Part shown: in pieces, positions 51,801 to 64,000 of the stretch
How positions within the stretch are numbered: the first letter of the stretch is position 1
Layout of the letters: the number at the start of each line of letters is the position of its first letter
Origin: Eledone cirrhosa
Taxonomy: Eukaryota
DNA: 64,000 nucleotides
NCBI GenBank assembly: GCA_964016885.1
Contig: OZ024757.1
Span: 3,224,001 to 3,288,000, forward strand
Direction: 5' to 3'
Notes under the pieces: model-generated
What the model saw: the letters and a program-made list of their open reading frames with translations, nothing else
What the model was told of the DNA's origin: nothing
Databases searched by the model: none
Program-made: the position numbers and the translations under genes

Positions 51801-52979
51801 TCTTTTCTCAGACATTCTAACCACATTTCGATAGTATCAGAGCTGTGATCTCTCAATTCAGAGATTCTTTCCTCAGACATTCTAACCACATGTCTGTAGT
51901 ATCAGAGCTGTGATCTCTCAATTTAGAAATTCTTTCCTGAGACGTTCTAACCACATGTCTTCAGTATTAGAGCTGTGATCTCTCAATCCAGTGATTCTTT
52001 CCTGAGACATTCTAACCACATGTCTGTAGTATCAGAGTTGTGATCTTTCACTTCAGAGATTCTTTCCTCAGACATTCTAACTACATGTCTGTAGTATCAG
52101 AGCTGTAATCTCTCAATTCAGAGATTCTTTCCAGAGACATTCTAACCACATGACCATAGTATCAGAGCTGTGATCTCTCAATTCAGATATTCTTTCCTGA
52201 GACATTCTAACGACATGTCTATAGTATCAGAGCTGTGATCTCTCAATTCAGAGATTCCTTCCTGAGACATTCTAACCACATATCTGTAGTATCAAAGCTG
52301 TGATCACTCAATTCAGAGATTCTTTCCTCAGACATTCTAACCACATGTATATAGTATCATAGTTGTGGTCTTTCAATTCAGAGATTCTTTTCTCAAACAT
52401 TTTAACCACATGTCTGTAGTATCAGAGCTGTAATATCTCAATTCAGAGATTCTTTCCAGAGACATTCTAACCACATGACCATAGTATCAGAGCTGTGATC
52501 TCTCAATTCAGAGATTCTTTCCTGAGACATTCTAACCACATGACCATAGTATCAGAGCTGTGATCTCTCAATTCAGAGATTCCTTCCAGAGACATTCTAA
52601 CCACATGTCTATAGTATCAGAGCTGTGATCTCTCCATTCAGAGATTCTTTCCTGAGACTTTCTAACCACATGTCTATAGTATCAGAGCTGTGATCTCTCA
52701 ATTCAGAGATTCTTTCCTGAGACATTCTAACCAGATATCTGTAGTATCAGAGCTGTGATCTCTCAATTCAGAGATTCTTTCCTGAGACATTCTAACCACA
52801 TGTCTGTAGTATCAGAGCTGTGATCTCTCAATTTAGAAATTCTTTCCTGAGACGTTCCAACCACATGTCTTCAGTATTAGAGCTGTGATCTCTCAATCCA
52901 GTGATTCTTTCCAGAGACATTCTAACCACATGTCTGTAGTATCAGAGTTGTTATCTTTCACTTCAGAGATTCTTTCCTC

Positions 52980-55900
52980 AGACATTCTAACCAGATGCCT
53001 GTAGTATCAGAGCTGTGATCTCTCAATTCAGAGATTCTTTTCTCAGACATTCTAACCACATGTCTGTAGTATCAGACCTGTAATCTCTCAATTCAGAGAT
53101 TCTTTCCAGAGACATTCTAACCACATGACATAGTATCAGAGCTGTGATCTCTCAATTCAGAGATTCCTTCCAGAGACATTCTAACCCCATGTCTATAGTA
53201 GCAGAGCTGTAATATCTCAATTCAGAGATTCTTTCCAGAGACATTCTAACCACATGACCATAGTATCAGAGCTGTGATCTCTCCATTCAGAGATTCTTTC
53301 CTGAGACATTCTAACCACATGTCTATAGTATCAGAGCTGTGATCTCTCAATTCAGAGATTCTTTCCTGAGACATTCTAACCAGATGTCTGTAGTATCAGA
53401 GCTGTGATCTCTCAATTCAGAGATTCTTTCCTGAGACATTCTACCACATATCTGTAGTATCAGCGCAGTGATCTCTCAATTCAGAGATTCTTTTCTCAGA
53501 CATTCTAACCACATTTCTATAGTATCAGAGCTGTGATCTCTCAATTCAGAGATTCTTTCCTGAGACATTCTAACCACATGTCTGTAGTATCAGAGCTGTG
53601 ATCTCTCAATATAGAAATTCTTTCCTGAGACTTTCTAATCACATGTCTTCAGTATTAGAGCTGTGATCTCTCAATCCAGTGATTCTTTCCTGAGACATTC
53701 TACCACATATCTGTAGTATCAGCGCAGTGATCTCTCAATTCAGAGATTCTTTTCTCAGACATTCTAACTACATGTCTGTAGTATCAGAGCTGTAATCTCT
53801 CAATTCAGAGATTCTTTCCAGAGACATTCTAACCACATGACCATAGTATCAGAGCTGTGATCTCTCAATTCAGAGATTCTTTCCTGAGACATTCTAACTA
53901 CATGTCTGTAGTATCAGAGCTGTAATCTCTCAATTCAGAGATTCTTTCCGGAGACATTCTAACCACATGACTAGTTATCAGAGCTGTGATCTCTCAATTC
54001 AGAGATTCTTTTCTCAGACATTCTAACCCCATATCTATAGTATCAGAGCTGTGATCTCTCAATTCAAAGATTCTTTCCAGAGATATTCTTACCACATTTC
54101 TGAAGTATCAGAGCTGTGATCTCTCAATTCAGAGATTATTTCCTTAGACATTCTAACCACATGTCTGTAGTATCAAAGCTGTGATCACTCAATTCAGAGA
54201 TTCTTTCCTCAGACATTCTAACCACATGTCTATAGTATCAGAGCCTTGATCTCTCAATTCAGGGTTTCTTTTCAGAGACATTCTAACCACATGTCTGTCG
54301 TATCAGCACTGTGATATCCGAACTCAGAGATTCTTTCCTCAGACATTCTAACCAGATGCCTGTAGTATCAGAGCTGTGATCTCTCAATCCAGAGATTCTT
54401 TCCAGAGACATTCTAACCACATGACTGTGGTATCAGAGCTATGGTCTCTCATTTCAGAGATTCTTTCCCAAGATATTCTAACCACATGTCTTCAGTATTA
54501 GAGCTGTGATCTCTCAATCCAGAGATTCTTTTCTCAGACATTCTAACCACATGTCTGTAGTATCAGACCTGTAATCTCTCAATTCAGAGATTCTTTCCAG
54601 AGACATTCTAACCACATGACATAGTATCAGAGCTGTGATCTCTCAATTCAGAGATTCCTTCCAGAGACATTCTAACCCCATGTCTATAGTATCAGAGCTG
54701 TGATCTCTCCATTCAGAGATTCTTTCCTGAGACATTCTAACCACATGTATATAGTATCATAGCTGTGATCTCTCAATTCAGAGATTCTTTCCTGAGACAT
54801 TCCCGCCACCAATCTGTAGTATCAGAGCTGTGATCTCTCAATTTAGAGATTCTTTCCTGAGGCATTCTAACCACATGTCTGTCGTATCAGCACTGTGATA
54901 TCCGAACTCAGAGATTCGTTCCTCAGACATTCTAACCAGATGCCTGTAGTATCAGATCTGTGATCTCTCAATCCAGAGATTCTTTCCAGAGACATTCTAA
55001 CCACATGACTGTGGTATCAGAGCTATGGTCTCTCATTTCAGAGATTCTTTCCCAAGATATTCTAACCACATATCTATAGTATCAGGGCTGTGATCTCTCA
55101 ATTCAGAGATTCTTTCCTGAGACATTCTAACCAGATGTCTGTAGAATCAGAGCTGTGATCTCTCAATTCAGAGATTCTTTTCTCAGACATTCTAACAACA
55201 TTTCTATAGTATGAGAGCTGTGATCTCTCAATCCAGAGATTCTTTTCTCAGACATTCAAACCACATGTCTGTAGTATCAGACCTGTAATCTCTCAATTCA
55301 GAGATTCTTTCCAGAGACATTCTAACCACATGACATAGTATCAGAGCTGTGATCTCTCAATTCAGAGATTCTTTCCAGAGACATTCTAACCCCATGTCTA
55401 TCGTATCAGAGCTGTGATCTCTCCATTCAGAGATTCTTTCCTGAGACATTCTAACCACATGTATATAGTATCATAGCTGTGGTCTCTCAATTCAGAGATT
55501 CTTTTCTCAAACATTTTAACCACATGTCTGTAGTATCAGAGCTGTAATATCTCAATTCAGAGATTCTTTCCAGAGACATTCTAACCACATGACCATAGTA
55601 TCAGAGCTGTGATCTCTCAATTCAGAGATTCCTTCCAGAGACATTCTAACCACATGTCTATAGTATCAGAGCTGTGATCTCTCCATTCAGAGATTCTTTC
55701 CTGAGACATTCTAACCACATGTCTATAGTATCAGAGCTGTGATCTCTCAATCCAGTGATTCTTTCCTGAGACATTCTAAACACATGTCTGTAGTATCAGA
55801 GCTGTGATCTCTCAATTCAGAGATTCTTTCCTCAGACATTCTAACTACATGTCTGTAGTATCAGAGCTGTATCTCTCAATTCAGAGATTCTTTCCAGAGA

Positions 55901-58900
55901 CATTCTAACCACATGACCATAGTATCAGAGCTGTGATCTCTCAATTCAGAGATTCTTTCCTGAGACATTCTAACTACATATCTGTAGTATCAGAGCTGTA
56001 ATCTCTCAATTCTGAGATTCTTTCCGGAGACATTCTAACCACATGACCATAGTATCAGAGCTGTGATCTCTCAATTCAGAGATTCCTTCCAGAGACATTC
56101 TAACCACATGTCTATAGTATCAGAGCTGTGATCTCTCCATTCAGAGATTCTTTCCTGAGACTTTCTAACCACATGTCTATAGTATCAGAGCTGTGATCTC
56201 TCAATTCAGAGATTCTTTCCTGAGACATTCTAACCAGATATCTGTAGTATCAGAGCTGTGATCTCTCAATTCAGAGATTCTTTCCTGAGACATTCTAACC
56301 ACATGTCTGTAGTATCAGAGCTGTGATCTCTCAATTTAGAAATTCTTTCCTGAGACGTTCCAACCACATGTCTTCAGTATTAGAGCTGTGATCTCTCAAT
56401 CCAGTGATTCTTTCCAGAGACATTCTAACCACATGTCTGTAGTATCAGAGTTGTTATCTTTCACTTCAGAGATTCTTTCCTCAGACATTCTAACTACATG
56501 TCGGTAGTATCAGAGCTGTAATCTCTCAATTCAGAGATTCTTTCCAGAGACATTCTAACCACATGACCATAGTATCAGAGCTGTGATCTCTCAATTCAGA
56601 GATTCTTTCCTGAGACATTCTAACTACATGTCTGTAGTATCAGAGCTGTAATCTCTCAAATCTGAGATTCTTTCCAGAGACATTCTAACCACATGTCTAT
56701 AGTATCAGAGCTGTGATCTCTCAATTCAGAGATTCCTTCCTGAGACATTCTAACCACATATCTGTAGTATCAAAGCTGTGATCACTCAATTCAGAGATTC
56801 TTTCCTCAGACATTCTAACCACATGTATATAGTATCATAGTTGTGGTCTTTCAATTCAGAGATTCTTTTCTCAAACATTTTAACCACATGTCTGTAGTAT
56901 CAGAGCTGTAATATCTCAATTCAGAGATTCTTTCCAGAGACATTCTAACCACATGACCATAGTATCAGAGCTGTGATCTCTCAATTCAGAGATTCCTTCC
57001 AGAGACATTCTAACCACATGTCTATAGTATCAGAGCTGTGATCTCTCCATTCAGAGATTCTTTCCTGAGACATTCTAACCACATGTCTATAGTATCAGAG
57101 CTGTGATCTCTCAATCCAGTGATTCTTTCCTGAGACATTCTAAACACATGTCTGTAGTATCAGAGCTGTGATCTCTCAATTCAGAGATTCTTTCCTCAGA
57201 CATTCTAACTACATGTCTGTAGTATCAGAGCTGTATCTCTCAATTCAGAGATTCTTTCCAGAGACATTCTAACCACATGACCATAGTATCAGAGCTGTGA
57301 TCTCTCAATTCAGAGATTCTTTCCTGAGACATTCTAACTACATATCTGTAGTATCAGAGCTGTAATCTCTCAATTCTGAGATTCTTTCCGGAGACATTCT
57401 AACCACATGACCATAGTATCAGAGCTGTGATCTCTCAATTCAGAGATTCCTTCCAGAGACATTCTAACCACATGTCTATAGTATCAGAGCTGTGATCTCT
57501 CCATTCAGAGATTCTTTCCTGAGACTTTCTAACCACATGTCTATAGTATCAGAGCTGTGATCTCTCAATCCAGAGATTCTTTCCTCAGACATTCTAACCA
57601 CATGTCTGTAGTATCAGAGCTGTGATCTCTCAATTTAGAAATTCTTTCCTGAGACGTTCTAACCACATGTCTTCAGTATTAGAGCTGTGATCTCTCAATC
57701 CAGTGATTCTTTCCTGAGACATTCTAAACACATGTCTGTAGTATCAGAGCTGTGATCTTTCAATTCAGAGATTCTTTCCTCAGACATTCTAACTACATGT
57801 CTGTAGTATCAGAGCTGTAATCTCTCAATTCAGAGATTCTTTCCAGAGACATTCTAACCCCATGACCATAGTATCAGAGCTGTGATCTCTCAATTCAGAG
57901 ATTCTTTCCTAAGACATTCTAACTACATATCTGTAGTATCAGAGCTGTAATCTCTCAATTCTGAGATTCTTTCCGGAGACATTCTAACCACAGGACAAGA
58001 GTATCAGGGCTGTGATCTCTCAATTCAGAGATTCTTTCCTGAGACATTGTAACCAGATGTCTATAGTATCAGAGCTGTGATCTCTCAATTCAGAGCTTCT
58101 TTCCTGAGACATTCTACCCACATATCTGTAGTATCAGCGCAGTGATCTCTCAATTCAGAGATTCTTTTCTCAGACATTCTAACCACATTTCTATAGTATC
58201 AGAGCTGTGATCTCTCAATTCAGAGATTCTTTCCTCAGACATTCTAACCACATGTCTGTAGTATCAGAGCTGTGATCTCTCAATTTAGAAATTCTTTCCT
58301 GAGACATTCTAACCACATGTCTTCAGTATTAGAGCTGTGATCTCTCAATCCAGTGATTCTTTCCTGAGACATTCTAACCAAATGTCTGTAGTATCAGAGC
58401 TGTGATCTTTCAATTCAGAGATTCTTTCCTGAGACATTCTAACCAGATGTCTGTAGTATCAGAGCTGTGATCTCTCAATTCAGAGATTCCTTCCAGAGAC
58501 ATTCTAAACACATGTCTATAGTATCAGAGCTGTGATCTCTCCATTCAGAGATTCTTTCCTGAGACATTCTAACCACATGTCTATAGTATCAGAGCTGTGA
58601 TCTCTCAATTCAGAGATTCTTTCCTGAGACATTCTAACCACATGTCTATAGTGTCAGAGCTGTGATCTCTCAATTCAGAGATTCTTTCCTGAGATATTCT
58701 AACCACATATCTGTAGTATCAAAGCAGTGATCACTCAATTCAGAGATTCTTTCCTCAGACATTCTAACCATATGTCTATAGTATCAGAGCCTTGATCTCT
58801 CAATTCAGGGTTTCTTTTCAGAGACATTCTAACCACATGTCTGTCGTATCAGCACTGTGATATCTGAACTCAGAGATTCTTTCCTCAGACATTCTAACCA

Positions 58901-61530
58901 GATGCCTGTAGTATCAGAGCTGTGATCTCTCAATTCAGAGATTCTTTTCTCAGACATTCTAACCACATGTCTGTAGTATCAGACCTGTAATCTCTCAATT
59001 CAGAGATTCTTTCCAGAGACATTCTAACCACATGACATAGTATCAGAGCTGTGATCTCTCAATTCAGAGATTCCTTCCAGAGACATTCTAACCCCATGTC
59101 TATAGTAGCAGAGCTGTAATATCTCAATTCAGAGATTCTTTCCAGAGACATTCTAACCACATGACCATAGTATCAGAGCTGTGATCTCTCCATTCAGAGA
59201 TTCTTTCCTGAGACATTCTAACCACATGTCTATAGTATCAGAGCTGTGATCTCTCAATTCAGAGATTCTTTCCTGAGACATTCTAACCAGATGTCTGTAG
59301 TATCAGAGCTGTGATCTCTCAATTCAGAGATTCTTTCCTGAGACATTCTACCACATATCTGTAGTATCAGCGCAGTGATCTCTCAATTCAGAGATTCTTT
59401 TCTCAGACATTCTAACCACATTTCTATAGTATCAGAGCTGTGATCTCTCAATTCAGAGATTCTTTCCTGAGACATTCTAACCACATGTCTGTAGTATCAG
59501 AGCTGTGATCTCTCAATATAGAAATTCTTTCCTGAGACTTTCTAATCACATGTCTTCAGTATTAGAGCTGTGATCTCTCAATCCAGTGATTCTTTCCTGA
59601 GACATTCTACCACATATCTGTAGTATCAGCGCAGTGATCTCTCAATTCAGAGATTCTTTTCTCAGACATTCTAACTACATGTCTGTAGTATCAGAGCTGT
59701 AATCTCTCAATTCAGAGATTCTTTCCAGAGATATTCTAACCACATGACCATAGTATCAGAGCTGTGATCTCTCAATTCAGAGATTCTTTCCTGAGACATT
59801 CTAACTACATGTCTGTAGTATCAGAGCTGTAATCTCTCAATTCAGAGATTCTTTCCGGAGACATTCTAACCACATGACTAGTTATCAGAGCTGTGATCTC
59901 TCAATTCAGAGATTCTTTTCTCAGACATTCTAACCCCATATCTATAGTATCAGAGCTGTGATCTCTCAATTCAAAGATTCTTTCCAGAGATATTCTTACC
60001 ACATTTCTGAAGTATCAGAGCTGTGATCTCTCAATTCAGAGATTATTTCCTTAGACATTCTAACCACATGTCTGTAGTATCAAAGCTGTGATCACTCAAT
60101 TCAGAGATTCTTTCCTCAGACATTCTAACCACATGTCTATAGTATCAGAGCCTTGATCTCTCAATTCAGGGTTTCTTTTCAGAGACATTCTAACCACATG
60201 TCTGTCGTATCAGCACTGTGATATCCGAACTCAGAGATTCTTTCCTCAGACATTCTAACCAGATGCCTGTAGTATCAGAGCTGTGATCTCTCAATCCAGA
60301 GATTCTTTCCAGAGACATTCTAACCACATGACTGTGGTATCAGAGCTATGGTCTCTCATTTCAGAGATTCTTTCCCAAGATATTCTAACCACATGTCTTC
60401 AGTATTAGAGCTGTGATCTCTCAATCCAGAGATTCTTTTCTCAGACATTCTAACCACATGTCTGTAGTATCAGACCTGTAATCTCTCAATTCAGAGATTC
60501 TTTCCAGAGACATTCTAACCACATGACATAGTATCAGAGCTGTGATCTCTCAATTCAGAGATTCCTTCCAGAGACATTCTAACCCCATGTCTATAGTATC
60601 AGAGCTGTGATCTCTCCATTCAGAGATTCTTTCCTGAGACATACTAACCACATGTATATAGTATCATAGCTGTGATCTCTCAATTCAGAGATTCTTTCCT
60701 GAGACATTCCCGCCACCAATCTGTAGTATCAGAGCTGTGATCTCTCAATTTAGAGATTCTTTCCTGAGGCATTCTAACCACATGTCTGTCGTATCAGCAC
60801 TGTGATATCCGAACTCAGAGATTCGTTCCTCAGACATTCTAACCAGATGCCTGTAGTATCAGATCTGTGATCTCTCAATCCAGAGATTCTTTCCAGAGAC
60901 ATTCTAACCACATGACTGTGGTATCAGAGCTATGGTCTCTCATTTCAGAGATTCTTTCCCAAGATATTCTAACCACATATCTATAGTATCAGGGCTGTGA
61001 TCTCTCAATTCAGAGATTCTTTCCTGAGACATTCTAACCAGATGTCTGTAGAATCAGAGCTGTGATCTCTCAATTCAGAGATTCTTTTCTCAGACATTCT
61101 AACAACATTTCTATAGTATGAGAGCTGTGATCTCTCAATCCAGAGATTCTTTTCTCAGACATTCAAACCACATGTCTGTAGTATCAGACCTGTAATCTCT
61201 CAATTCAGAGATTCTTTCCAGAGACATTCTAACCACATGACATAGTATCAGAGCTGTGATCTCTCAATTCAGAGATTCTTTCCAGAGACATTCTAACCCC
61301 ATGTCTATCGTATCAGAGCTGTGATCTCTCCATTCAGAGATTCTTTCCTGAGACATTCTAACCACATGTATATAGTATCATAGCTGTGGTCTCTCAATTC
61401 AGAGATTCTTTTCTCAAACATTTTAACCACATGTCTGTAGTATCAGAGCTGTAATATCTCAATTCAGAGATTCTTTCCAGAGACATTCTAACCACATGAC
61501 CATAGTATCAGAGCTGTGATCTCTCAATTC
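52980..61530. repeat. Block ~52980-55620 duplicated at ~58890-61530 (5907-bp, 91-monomer offset); boundaries approximate
   Basis: GTAGCAGAG (GCAG at 53201/59108), TCCGAAC (54317/60224, 54901/60808) and ACATTCCCGCC (54797/60704) are all offset by 5907. Confidence 0.9.
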
Positions 61531-64000
61531 AGAGATTCTTTCCTGAGACATTCTAACAACATGTCTGTAGTATCAGAGCTGTAATCTCTCAATTCTGAGA
61601 TTCTTTCCAGAGACATTCTAACCACATGACCATAGTATCAGAGCTGTGATCTCTCAATTCAGAGATTCCTTCCAGAGACATTCTAACCACATGTCTATAG
61701 TATCAGAGCTGTGATCTCTCCATTCAGAGATTCTTTCCTGAGACATTCTAACCACATGTCTATAGTATCAGAGCTGTGATCTCTCAATCCAGTGATTCTT
61801 TCCTGAGACATTCTAAACACATGTCTGTAGTATCAGAGCTGTGATCTTTCAATTCAGAGATTCTTTCCGCAGACATTCTAACTACATGTCTGTAGTATCA
61901 GAGCTGTATCTCTCAATTCAGAGATTCTTTCCAGAGACATTCTAACCACATGACCATAGTATCAGAGCTGTGATCTCTCAATTCAGAGATTCTTTCCTGA
62001 GACATTCTAACTACATATCTGTAGTATCAGAGCTGTAATCTCTCAATTCTGAGATTCTTTCCGGAGACATTCTAACCACATGACCATAGTATCAGAGCTG
62101 TGATCTCTCAATTCAGAGATTCCTTCCAGAGACATTCTAACCACATGTCTATAGTATCAGAGCTGTGATCTCTCCATTCAGAGATTCTTTCCTGAGACAT
62201 TCTACCCACATATCTGTGGTATCAGCGCAGTGATCTCTAAATTCAGAGAATCTTTTCTCAGACATTCTAACCACATTTCTATAGTATCAGAGCTGTGATC
62301 TCTCAATTCAGAGATTCTTTCCTCAGACATTCTAACCACATGTCTGTAGTATCAGAGCTGTGATCTCTCAATTTAGAAATTCTTTCCTGAGACGTTCTAA
62401 CCACATGTCTTCAGTATTAGAGCTGTGATCTCTCAATCCAGTGATTCTTTCCTGAGACATTCTAACCACATGTCTGTAGTATCAGAGTTGTGATCTCTCA
62501 ATTCAGATATTCTTTCCTGAGACATTGTAACTACATATATGTAGTATCAGAGCTGTAATCTCTCAATTCTGAGATTCTTTCCGGAGACATTCTAACCACA
62601 TGACCAAAGTATCAGAGCTGTGATCTCTCAATTCAGAGATTCCTTCCAGAGACATTCTAACCACATGTCTATAGTATCAGAGCTGTGATCTCTCAATTCA
62701 GAGATTCCTTCCTGAGACATTCTAACCACATATCTGTAGTATCAAAGCTGTGATCACTCAATTCAGAGATTCTTTCCTCAGACATTCTAACCACATGTAT
62801 ATAGTATCATAGTTGTGGTCTTTCAATTCAGAGATTCTTTTCTCAAACATTTTAACCACATGTCTGTAGTATCAGAGCTGTAATATCTCAATTCAGAGAT
62901 TCTTTCCAGAGACATTCTAACCACATGACCATAGTATCAGAGCTGTGATCTCTCAATTCAGAGATTCTTTCCTGAGACATTCTAACTACATGTCTGTAGT
63001 ATCAGAGCTGTAATCTCTCAAATCTGAGATTCTTTCCAGAGACATTCTAACCACATGACCATAGTATCAGAGCTGTGATCTCTCAATTCAGAGATTCCTT
63101 CCAGAGACATTCTAACCACATGTCTATAGTATCAGAGCTGTGATCTCTCCATTCAGAGATTCTTTCCTGAGACATTCTAACCACATGTCTATAGTATCAG
63201 AGCTGTGATCTCTCAATCCAGTGATTCTTTCCTGAGACATTCTAAACACATGTCTGTAGTATCAGAGCTGTGATCTCTCAATTCAGAGATTCTTTCCTCA
63301 GACATTCTAACTACATGTCTATAGTATCAGAGCTGTGATCTCTCCATTCAGAGATTCTTTCCTGAGACATTCTAACCACATGTCTATAGTATCAGAGCTG
63401 TGATCTCTCAATCCAGTGATTCTTTCCTGAGACATTCTAAACACATGTCTGTAGTATCAGAGCTGTGATCTTTCAATTCAGAGATTCTTTCCTCAGACAT
63501 TCTAACTACATGACCATAGTATCAGAGCTGTGATCTCTCAATTCAGAGATTCCTTCCAGAGACATTCTAACCACATGTCTATAGTATCAGAGCTGTGATC
63601 TCTCCATTCAGAGATTCTTTCCTGAGACTTTCTAACCACATGTCTATAGTATCAGAGCTGTGATCTCTCAATTCAGAGATTCTTTCCTGAGACATTCTAC
63701 CCACATATCTGTAGTATCAGCGCAGTGATCTCTAAATTCAGAGAATCCTTTCTCAGACATTCTAACCACATTTCTATAGTATCAGAGCTGTGATCTCTCA
63801 ATTCAGAGATTCTTTCCTCAGACATTCTAACCACATGTCTGTAGTATCAGAGCTGTGATCTCTCAATTTAAAATTCTTTCCTGAGACGTTCTAACCACAT
63901 GTCTTCAGTATTAGAGCTGTGATCTCTCAATCCAGTGATTCTTTCCTGAGACATTCTAACCACATGTCTGTAGTATCAGAGTTGTGATCTTTCGCTTCAG

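Larger units (their letters stand above)
1..64000. repeat. Tandem satellite DNA array, 65-bp monomer, ~985 copies, single orientation, extends beyond both window ends
   Basis: The monomer start CTTT(C/T)C recurs at 1, 66, 131 ... 7151 (=110x65+1) and at 63941 (=984x65+1-20). The -20 bp drift matches my tally of 41 one-base deletions, three 6-bp insertions and three 1-bp insertions. Monomers differ from the consensus by a few substitutions each. Confidence 0.99.
32957..64000. repeat. Right sub-domain of the satellite (variant set B)
   Basis: Markers essentially confined to this half: GTCGTATCAGCACTGTGATATCCGAAC (TCCGAAC at 33591, 37814, 40933, 43858, 46782, 49253, 54317, 54901, 60224, 60808), CAGGGTTTC, GCTATGGTCTC, CACATGACATAG, CAATTCTGAG and CTCAAACATTTT. 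GACCATAG is abundant here and rare on the left. Confidence 0.85.

Noticed and set aside
1-64000. CRISPR-like array (65-bp period, palindromic segment)
   Set aside because: The period resembles repeat+spacer, but there are no unique spacers. Every part of the unit is conserved with only point variants, and no cas genes or leader are present.
1-64000. Repetitive protein-coding exon or coding VNTR
   Set aside because: 65 is not a multiple of 3, and stops occur on both strands of the consensus. The minus-strand consensus gives only a ~30-aa peptide (MSQERISELRDHSSDTTDMWLECLRKESLN) before a stop.
1-64000. Embedded transposon, inversion or unique island
   Set aside because: The 65-bp phase could be followed from start to end with all shifts accounted for by 1-bp or 6-bp indels. 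No reverse-complement monomers or foreign sequence were seen by eye.

Overview
The whole 64-kb window is one uninterrupted head-to-tail tandem satellite array. It has a 65-bp monomer (consensus read by eye: CTTTCCTGAGACATTCTAACCACATGTCTGTAGTATCAGAGCTGTGATCTCTCAATTCAGAGATT, 40% GC, no CpG). I count about 985 monomers (984 complete plus a final 60 bp), all in the same orientation. I saw no unique sequence, gene, RNA gene, transposon or CRISPR spacer. The three predicted 65-aa ORFs are by-products of one variant cassette that has been copied three times. This architecture is typical of eukaryotic heterochromatic, pericentromeric or subtelomeric satellite, but I cannot name the family or organism. 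The structure of interest lies at two scales. (1) The monomer consists largely of three quasi-palindromes, and several recurrent variants perfect or preserve them. (2) Diagnostic variants reveal nested kilobase-scale duplications (1.6, 3.1-3.2, 4.9 and 5.4-5.9 kb) and two sub-domains that meet at a sharp junction near 32.96 kb yet share ancestral multi-monomer cassettes. I found no support for a new protein-coding system. All counts and offsets were obtained by hand and should be verified computationally.
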